This document shows, piece after piece, positions 55,480 through 64,000 of a DNA stretch of 64,000 bases. The DNA comes from Eledone cirrhosa (lineage: Eukaryota). The notes beneath the pieces were generated by a model. The model was not told where the DNA came from. It worked only from the letters and a program-made list of their open reading frames with translations, and ran no database searches. The stretch's first letter is position 1. Every line of letters starts with the position of its first letter. The position numbers and the translations under genes were made by a program. Where the stretch lies: the NCBI GenBank assembly GCA_964016885.1, contig OZ024742.1, positions 183,148,001 to 183,212,000 of the forward strand. Reading direction: 5' to 3'.

Positions 55480-55535
55480 ACTGCCTGATGAGGTCATAGC
55501 CATTCAATGGCTATCATCGAAATATATATAGCAGT
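55480..55535 (+). ncRNA. Type I hammerhead ribozyme, intact, antisense within a BMI1 intron
   Basis: ACTGC CTGATGA GGT-C-ATAGCCAT TCA ATGGCTAT-C-ATC GAAA TATATA TA/ GCAGT A AATAAA. Confidence 0.92.
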
Positions 55536-56369
55536 AAATAAAGGATTATGAGTTGATGCAATTGACTGTTTCGTCACTATATATACATATATATATATAT
55601 ATATACATACATATATATATATGGTGGCTGCCAACTCGTTTTCGAGTACGGCCACTACTTTATATCCATGTAGGAGAACCCTTACTGATGCGCTGAACGA
55701 GTGTGACGTTTTAGTCCAGACAGCGACTTGAAAACTCTGGTACAAACACTGCACTTGTGATAATTATTGACAGATATTGCTGGGCCCATGGTACCATGTG
55801 ACGACAAGTGCAGAGAGATCTCCAGATATAAAGCAATGCCTGTGCCGTGAAGCTTTTATAGTGAGCAAAGGCACTGCACAAAGCCAGTCCCACTCTCTTA
55901 ACCAAGATGATATTTACCAAAAAGAAGAACAAGTCAACATCATTGGATACCATCAGGGTTGCAGGTGTTATATCAGAGTTTTCCTTCTCCTACAATTCTG
56001 CCTTGACAAAGGCTAAGGGGTCATCTCTCCCGGTGATTTTGGATGGCCATTGACTCTTAAGAGCTCCTTTGCCCTTTGACAGGTTTTGTTTTTAGTCCTG
56101 CAGGGTGTCCAAAGTCACCCTCCTCACCAAGAAACCTTGGTGGGGTAACCAGTTTAGTCGCCAATGACCCGACCATGAGACAGGTTGTACTGGGATACAT
56201 GTTACCAGTAGCACCAACTGGTGACCTGACATATATGTATGTATATATATATATATATGTATGTATGTATATATATATATATATATATACATACATACAT
56301 ATATATATACATACATACATACATATATATATACATACATACATACATATATATATATATATACATACA

Positions 56370-56401
<32 letters not shown>

Positions 56402-56536
56402 CATACATACATATATATATATATACATACATATATATATATATATACATACATACATATATATATATACATACATACATATATATATATATACATATAT
56501 ATATATACATACATACATATATATGCATATATATGC

Positions 56537-57767
56537 ATAGCACCAGAGATCGCACTCCTGTGTCATTGCCTTTGAGAGGTGTAATTGTGCAAGTCTTCCT
56601 AGGCCTGCCCATACCATGGCCACCATCAACTTTGAGTGCTCTACACCTTATTATACAGCTGTCATCCTTCATATGCATCACATGTCCATACTAACAGAAT
56701 CTCCTCTCTCCTGCATGCAACAACTGATCCCTCTTATCTCTTATGCCAAATTTCTCACGTAGTATGAAATTATTATACTTTGCCGTTCACGTATATTGCT
56801 ATTAAACAACCAGTGAAGCACGGAGGCTTCATTTCTTTCCAATCTTTGTAGGTCCTCAACACACAGTACCCAGGTCTCGCTGCCGTGCAACATTGTTGTT
56901 CGTATACATGCATCATACAGTCTGCCTTTCATTTTCAGGGAAAAACCTTTTGTAGTTAGTAATGGTAGTAACTCCCTGAATTTTTTCCAGCCCGATCTCA
57001 CTCTGGTTACTGTGCTTTCAGAACACCATCCTCCACTACTGATTTGGTCACACAGGTAACAGAAACTATCTACCACTTCAACCTAGCCCTCTGAGCATTT
57101 GAAGGCAGTTGTATCCTGAGGGTTCTTGCTACTTACTGCCCCTGTGCACCTGCCTCACGTAAAACCTTAACCAGGTTGACTTTAAGAATTTTAAATTCTA
57201 GGCCTTGCTTCCAGGTTTAGAATTTCATCTCTAGTTCAGCTATAGATTCAGCTATAAGAGTTAGGTCATCAACATACAGAAGTTCCCATGGGCAACCAGT
57301 CTTAAACTCCTCTGTCATTGCCTGCAGAATGATAATAAGCAGAAGAGGGCTAAGAACAGAGCCCTGATGGACACCAACCTGCACACTAAATTCTTCACTA
57401 TAGTCATTGTTAATTCTAACCTTACTGGCTGTTCTTCTATACATTGCTTAAATTGCCCTCACAAGCCATTCACCAACTCCTAGTTTCCTAAGAACCCACC
57501 AGATAGTGGAATGGGGGACTCTGTCAAAAGCATTCTCAAAATCGACAAAAGCCAGGTAGAGGGGCTTACTCTTAGCTAGGTACTTCGCCTGCAGTTGTCT
57601 TACAAGGAAGAGGGCATTTGTGGTACTCTTACCAGGGACAAATCCAAACTGCATCTCATTTATGTTAACATGTTCTCTAATCAGCTGAGCTAAAACTCTT
57701 TCAGTGACCTTCATAACCTGGTCAACCAACTTAATGCCTCTATAGTTTTCTCTATCTAGGGCATCTA
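56537..57767 (-). mobile_element. RTE LINE fragment (intronic)
   Basis: EMQFGFVPGKST, FVDFENAFD, VHQGSVLSP, LLYVDD, HGSETW. Confidence 0.9.
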
Positions 57768-57771
57768 TAAT

Positions 57772-57966
57772 AGTGGTACTATTATATTTCCTCCCGTTGT
57801 ATTCTAATGTCTATTCTAGAATAAACATTACAATACAACAGGTACTATTATGTCTCCTCCCGTTGTATTGTAATGTCTACTCTAGAATAGATATTACAAC
57901 AGAACGGGAGGAAACATAATAGTACCACTGATGATGTCACAGGTGGGTGATAAAAGAACTTTGATA
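57772..57966 (+). repeat. Nested palindrome (57772-57929) running into a degenerate hammerhead (57923-57966)
   Basis: agtggtactattat...tctaga...ataatagtaccact; TACCA CTGATGA TGTCAC AGGTGG GTGAT AAAA GAACTT TGATA. Confidence 0.65.
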
Positions 57967-58793
57967 GACTATATATATATATATATCTATATTTTTAACT
58001 GTTGGTCAATCAATGATAAACATTGATTACCAGCTAAATTAACTATAGGGATATAAAATATACAAAAGCGAAAACCAATCCAAACTAAGCAGTGAGCGTG
58101 TTTTATTATTATTTCTGGCAATATTATAACAATATATATATATTCTCCTCAAATATAACAATATATATATATTCACATATATATATATATGCACACACAC
58201 ATATATATAAGCAGTACAAGCTCAGTCTGTGACGACCTGCCCAACCCTTGCTAGCTGGGAAAGTGGATATTAAATGATGATCATAATGATAGACACTTTA
58301 AAAGAAACAGCTTTGTATGACAAAATCAAGGGTGGTTTCAGGTATCAAAAGAGTTAAAAGTACAAACTGATACCAGAATACACATAACAATTTCATAATC
58401 ACAAACATATGTGTTTATTCTTCTATTCCTTTACTGGTTTCAAGCAGTGAATTGCGGACATGATGGGGAACTACATTCATTTAATCGATCATATCAACCC
58501 CAGTATTTATTTTTCAAGTTTGGTACTTATTTTACTACTCCCAATTTGTTGAACTGCTAAGTAACGGGGCATAAACAAATGTAAACAGAGACATGGATAC
58601 ACATATATGACAGGCTTCTGCAGTTTCCATTTTCCAAATTTCACGGACAAGGCATTGGTAAAGCTGACGCTATCACCAAAAACACTTGCCCAATATATCA
58701 CACAATGGGACTGAACTCAGAACCAACTGGTTGTGAAGTAAACTCCTTAACCACTCAGCTATGCCTGAATTTACAACAAACAAAAAATATTAC

Positions 58794-58851
58794 CTGGTTC
58801 TTTGTGTTTCCATTAAGATTTTCTCGGGTTAAAAACCGTATTCTCTCTTCA
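58794..58851 (-). CDS. BMI1: BMI1/PCGF-like exon (RAWUL loop)
   Basis: ttacAG T EERIRFLTRENLNGNTKNQ GTaata; phases 2/0 fit both neighbours exactly. Confidence 0.85.
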
Positions 58852-58979
58852 CTGTAACTATGAAATTAAATAGTTAAAAAGACCAAGTTAGAATATTGAG
58901 AAAAGAATGCAAATCATACAAACCAAACAACAAATGTATTTTGCATTAATTGATATCAACACATCAAGTATACAATATA

Positions 58980-59240
58980 TTTATAATGTGTGGGAAGCTC
59001 AGGCACTGAAAATAACTGCAATTACAGTCAGTTGCTATAAAATAGCTAATAAAAATCAGGTAAAGACCCTTAGAGATGGAAAAAATGTATTTAGTGGCCA
59101 CTACAAAGAACTCTGTATCTCCCAGGTAACATTTTTTCCATCTCTAAGGGTCTTTATCCAATTTTGATAAGCTAGTTTATAGCAACTGAATGTAATTACA
59201 GTTATTTTCTGTGTCTGAGATTCCTACATTTTATAAATTT
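58980..59240. repeat. Intronic inverted repeat with ~110-bp arms
   Basis: taaagacccttagagatggaaaaaatgt / acattttttccatctctaagggtcttta plus flanking complementarity. Confidence 0.85.
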
Positions 59241-61160
59241 ATCTCCACAGTGCTTTCGTAAGTTCAAAAACTTGAGCTTCACACAGCATTTATATAATAT
59301 ATAGATACATTAGTTTATTATACAATAATCGTTATTGCTATTGTTAGGATTATTATAATTCATCATAATCAATGACCCTTAAAGTTATGATGAAGTTGTA
59401 AGAGCACTGTCACGACATTCATCACATCTTAGGCAGTTAAGCTTGGTGGAGCTCATCTCTTTTTCCAGGCTTGATCATGACTAACTTCTTCCAGAGAGAA
59501 AGAGAAAGAAAGGAGACTCAACTCGAGTACTAGACTGGAACATTACCTACTGACCCCAAAAGGAGGAAAGGCAAAGTTGAACTCAGCGGAATTTAAGCTC
59601 TGAGCTCAAATACAGCAATGCATTCTTTTTGACACCCTAACGATTCTGCTAATTTGCCACCTTATAAAAATTATTTATTGAAGGGTGGTGAATTGGCAAA
59701 ATTGGTAGAACATTGCAGAAAATGTCTTTCCAGGCTGTTTACATTCTTAGTTCAGATATTGCTGAGGTCTACTTTCTCTCTCATCTTTCTTGGAGTCGAT
59801 AAAATAAAGTACCAGTGTAGTACTGGGGTTGCTATAATCAACATTCTTAATTCCATTCAAATTGCTTGCCTTGTGATTAAATTACAAAACATTATTTATT
59901 ATTGACAAAACTAAAGGGTGAACCAAATTGGAAATGTTTTTATGTCTTGTGAGCTAAAGATTAATCATGAAAACAGAATTTTTACATGCAATACCACATA
60001 ATCACTAAAATCACTAAGACTGGCAGAGGAACATGATGTGTGGAGAGATGCCATGCTGAGAAGGACCCATCCAACCCATTCAAGCATGGAAAAATGGACG
60101 TAAAAAGGATGATAGGATGATGATGATATATAATATAATTTCTGATGATTTAGTGTTAAAGAATAAAAACTAATGATGAAATAAAAATATATTTAAAAAA
60201 ACGAGGCCCACAAAGGTCCTAAGCTATAGCTTATTTAGGTGAGTCCAGCATCAGTAGTTCTAATCAGTGACTTTGTCTGTGATGATCCATCCAACCCTTG
60301 CAAGCAATAAAAGCAGATATTACATGATGAGAGTTTTAATTACATGTTGTTCCAGACTAGCTGAGGTACACAATCTTTTGCTTGATATGAACAGTGATTG
60401 TCTTTGCACTTATGAAGAAAACTACATTGTCATATTGTTACTGGAGGAGGTTTTTGAGCTCTCTGTTCATAGGGATCAGAGTTGGTTCAGTGTGAGTTGT
60501 CTAGGTTGACTGGATGACACCAATAAGCAGCCACTACTTAATCAAATGTGGTTTTGTGAATGGTTGATAATCCCTGGCCATCAATAAGATTTGAATCTTC
60601 ATGTGAAATTTAAACTCAGAATGGAAAAAGCCAGAAGAGATACAGTAAGGAATCTTGCCCAATGCTCAAACAATTCTACCAATCCTCAGTCGTGAACAGG
60701 AACATTATTTATTGATGCCTAACAGAATAAAGGCCAAGTTGACCTTGATAGGATTTGAACTCAAAGCACGGAGAGCCAGTACAAATATTGCAAGTTATCT
60801 TATATGATATCCATCTTATGAGCCTACCAATTAACTGTCTTCCATCTACAGATAGAGGTGGAAGCAAGAATTTCATTAATATAGAAAATTAAGAGTCTGT
60901 TGAACATAATTAAACCTTGTTGCATATCAGTGTTGATAAAGTGTGGGTCCGGCGGAGCTCCCATCAGTACATTCTACAATGGTGCAATCTGATAGGAAGC
61001 TTCATATCAAAGGAATGAAAGATAGATGAAACCAACAGATATGAACAACTTAGCTAGAAAATTCTCATTATAGGTATGGCCAAAAGTGTGGCTAGTGCCA
61101 TGTACAACATTTCTTTCAATGAACTTCCTATCAGTGAAGGATCACTGGTATGTGACATAG

Positions 61161-61226
61161 GAGAGCAGATCTCCAGTAAATTTAACTCAGATGGTCACTG
61201 AGAAGAGAAGGAAAAAGAAGCGCAAA

Positions 61227-61284
<58 letters not shown>

Positions 61285-61350
61285 TTTGCGCTTCTTTTTC
61301 CTTCTCTTCTCAGTGACCATCTAAGTTAAATTTACTGTAGATCTGTTCTC
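61161..61350. repeat. ~70-bp inverted duplication around (TA)n
   Basis: agatggtcactgagaagagaaggaaaaagaagcgcaaagtgt (TA)n acactttgcgcttctttttccttctcttctcagtgaccatct. Confidence 0.92.
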
Positions 61351-61460
61351 ATATATATATATTGAATTAGAAGACTTTGCTGTAACTTTGACTAAATAAA
61401 GTAGTCTAATAATAATGGGGCATATAAAGCCACTGAATGGAAAAAGATGTGTATGCGTGA

Positions 61461-61529
<69 letters not shown>

Positions 61530-62680
61530 TACCACTGTAAAGTGGTCATGTAGGTGCCACAACAAAAAGCACCCAGCCCACACTGTAAAGTGGTCATGTA
61601 AAAGACACGGCAAAAAGCACCCAGCACACACTGTAAATGTGGTTGGCGCTAGGAAGGGCATCTAGCCACAGAAAACCAGCCAGAAATAGTCCTATATGAG
61701 CGAGATATGGTCACCTGACCCAACTTGCCTCTAAATGGGTTAGACAAACTCGTCTAACCCATGCTAGTGTGGAAGATGGCTGTTAAACGATGATGACACA
61801 GGATTGACGTCTCTAGCGATGTGCTGTATGCTGTACTACAAAAGAACTGCTTTGCCATGTGTACAGGATGAAGCAAACATCTATAGCATATTAGTTTGCA
61901 CCAATCTTCCTCCTCCACCACCCATAACCCTTCCTACATCTTAATGTTCACCCATCTCTGCCCCCTCATCAGCTATGTATCCCACCTTAAGTCTCCCTCA
62001 CTCACCTTCCCCCATCATACCCACTCATTAAACACCCTCCCACTAGCCCCTATCATCCACACTGCCTAATACATGTATCCTATCCAACCTATACATACAA
62101 GCCTGGAAAGCTAGACATGCTCTCCATCTGCATTCCCAGTCTTGCTGTCACAAGAAAAAGCACTTTGTCCAGCCTGTAAAGTGGTCATGCTTGTAACACA
62201 ATGAGTGTAGGTGATTGTGTTAGTACCACGGTGAAAAAGCATCCAGTCAATGCTGTAATGTGGTTGTCATTAGGAAGGGCATCCGTCCTTAGAAACCAAG
62301 CCAGACTCAGTTCTGTATGAGCAAGACAAAATCCCCTAGCTATGACTCGTCTCATAATGTGACAGCCTGTCTACCCTATGCAAACATGGAAAATAGATGT
62401 CAAAGTGATGATGATGATGATGATGACGCGTGCACACACACACACATATATATGCAGTTCAATATATAAATATCGATAAAATATGTAGCAGATATCAAAA
62501 ATAAGTACTGGCTTGATATGATTGACTAAATCATGTCAAGGCAGTGCCCCACCACAGTCAAAATCTAATGACTGGAAATAGTGAAAGAAAAAAATTAAAA
62601 GCATAAATTTAATGATGAAAAAGAAATTGTTAAATGTGAAAGAGAGAAAGTCCAGAAAGACAACATGAAATATGACTTAC

Positions 62681-62798
62681 CCAGTAAGAAGTTCCAGTGA
62701 AAGACTAACACTTTCATCTTTTGTATAAATAAGACGTTCAATTGCTTCATCTCCTCGATCTTCACCCGGAGTTTGTGCAGTATGTGTTCCTGCAGCAC
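62681..62798 (-). CDS. BMI1: BMI1/PCGF-like exon
   Basis: atttAG AAGTHTAQTPGEDRGDEAIERLIYTKDESVSLSLELLT GTaagt (BMI1: EDRGE...DDEIISLSIEF); frame differs from the ORF track. Confidence 0.95.
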
Positions 62799-63174
62799 CT
62801 AAATGTATTAAAAATAACACAGATGCAGTTGTCTATTTAGAAACAACCCCACCACCTACCCTATAAATGAGGTTTCTTACAATTTAATAAAGTGAGTTCA
62901 GTCATTGCTAGATAGAATGAAAGGAAGGTAGCTGTCATTTCTGATAATCCAGTAAGTATAACTGCAGTTTACCTTTGTAGAGGACGTGATTGATGGTTTA
63001 GATGTGAAGGTACATGGTCTAGTGATTAGGAAGTTGGACTCAGGATCATATGGTCATGGGTTTGATTCTTGAATTGGGTGGCATGCAGTTCTATTGAGCA
63101 TGACACTTCATTTCACACTGCTTTTCATTATAGAACTTAGGTCCTATCATTAGAACCGCTCATTGGCCTCCATG

Positions 63175-63460
63175 TATATCATATCTTACATATAAATATT
63201 TGCAATGGTCTGAAACCAGCAAAGAACACCTTAATAGCCCAAATGTGTATTATATCATATCTTACATATAAATATTTGCAATGGTCTGAAACCAGCAAAG
63301 AACACCTTAATAGCCCAAATGTGTATTATATCATATCTTACATATAAATATTTGCAATGGTCTGAAACCAGCAAAGAACACCTTAATAGCCCAAATGTGT
63401 ATTATATCATATCTTACATATAAACATTTGTAAAGGTCTGAGTTCCACAGATAACACCTC
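63175..63460. repeat. 76-bp minisatellite, 3 copies plus a diverged fourth
   Basis: tatatcatatcttacatataaa... at 63175, 63251, 63327 and 63403. Confidence 0.95.
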
Positions 63461-63598
63461 AATGGTCTGCTTGTTGCAGAGCTCTGAAGTAAGTTATGTT
63501 AGATACTGTTCTACCAGTTCAGCTAGTTCTACCAATGCATCAACTTACTATTTATGGTAATATTAACAGGGAATAAATATGAAAAATCATGACCATAC

Positions 63599-63640
63599 CT
63601 TTGTGGGTTGCATAGAAATCTCTCCGCCGTTTCATCTCAT
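63599..63640 (-). CDS. BMI1: BMI1/PCGF-like exon (post-RING helix); gene continues beyond the window
   Basis: atttcAG EMKRRRDFYATHK GTatgg (BMI1: EMKRRRDFYAAH). Confidence 0.95.
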
Positions 63641-64000
63641 CTGAAATATAGAAACAAAAAATCAGAGGTTCATCCTCGTTATCATTAATGGTGCTGGGTA
63701 CCAACATAATAGATGACAAAAACATCAAAATGAGTGGCAATACAAATTATATGACAGCTGCTGCTGCTGCCACCATTGCCATTAATGCTGCCACCACCAT
63801 CAATGCCATCAACATTACCACTAACACCATCATCATTTTATGTCTGATTTTCAAGGATTAGACAAGTCTGTTCCACAACAGTATCACACAACTTGTTTAT
63901 CCATATTATCTTGGTCAGGTTCAGTATCGCTCCTTTTCCAGTCTTCCTTTTCTGCAGGTTCCTTCTGCTTTTATCACTCAACACTTCATCCACATCACTT

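Noticed and set aside
56070-56230. Possible HDV-like or twister ribozyme at the RTE 5' end
   Set aside because: Hairpin potential is present, but the required pseudoknots could not be identified by eye
63175-63460. CRISPR-like array
   Set aside because: Head-to-tail identical 76-bp units without unique spacers, in a eukaryotic intron

Overview
AT-rich, microsatellite-saturated animal genomic DNA. The SINE/RTE repertoire and (TA)n load suggest an octopus or other coleoid, but that is inference. One host gene is supported: the last six coding exons of a BMI1/PCGF2-4 (Psc-like) Polycomb RING-finger gene on the minus strand (49237-63640). Its RING exons lie beyond the window, and it has a long basic low-complexity tail. 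The rest is transposon-derived: a near-intact 5'-truncated Tx1/L1-clade LINE with a 22-bp TSD, RTE, CR1-group and HERO-like LINE fragments, a Penelope-like (Naiad-type) RT/GIY-YIG fragment, tRNA-derived SINEs and MITEs. Most computed ORFs are translated microsatellites. The main hidden signal is about 7 intact and about 8 decayed or truncated type I hammerhead ribozyme motifs from several unrelated short element families, nearly all embedded in (TA)n. These include a 441-nt retrozyme-like unit that starts at its own cleavage site and carries octamer repeats, a shared C-C mismatch in stem II, and long palindromes whose axes fall inside the ribozyme. All structures were folded by eye, no activity has been shown, and repeat boundaries are approximate.
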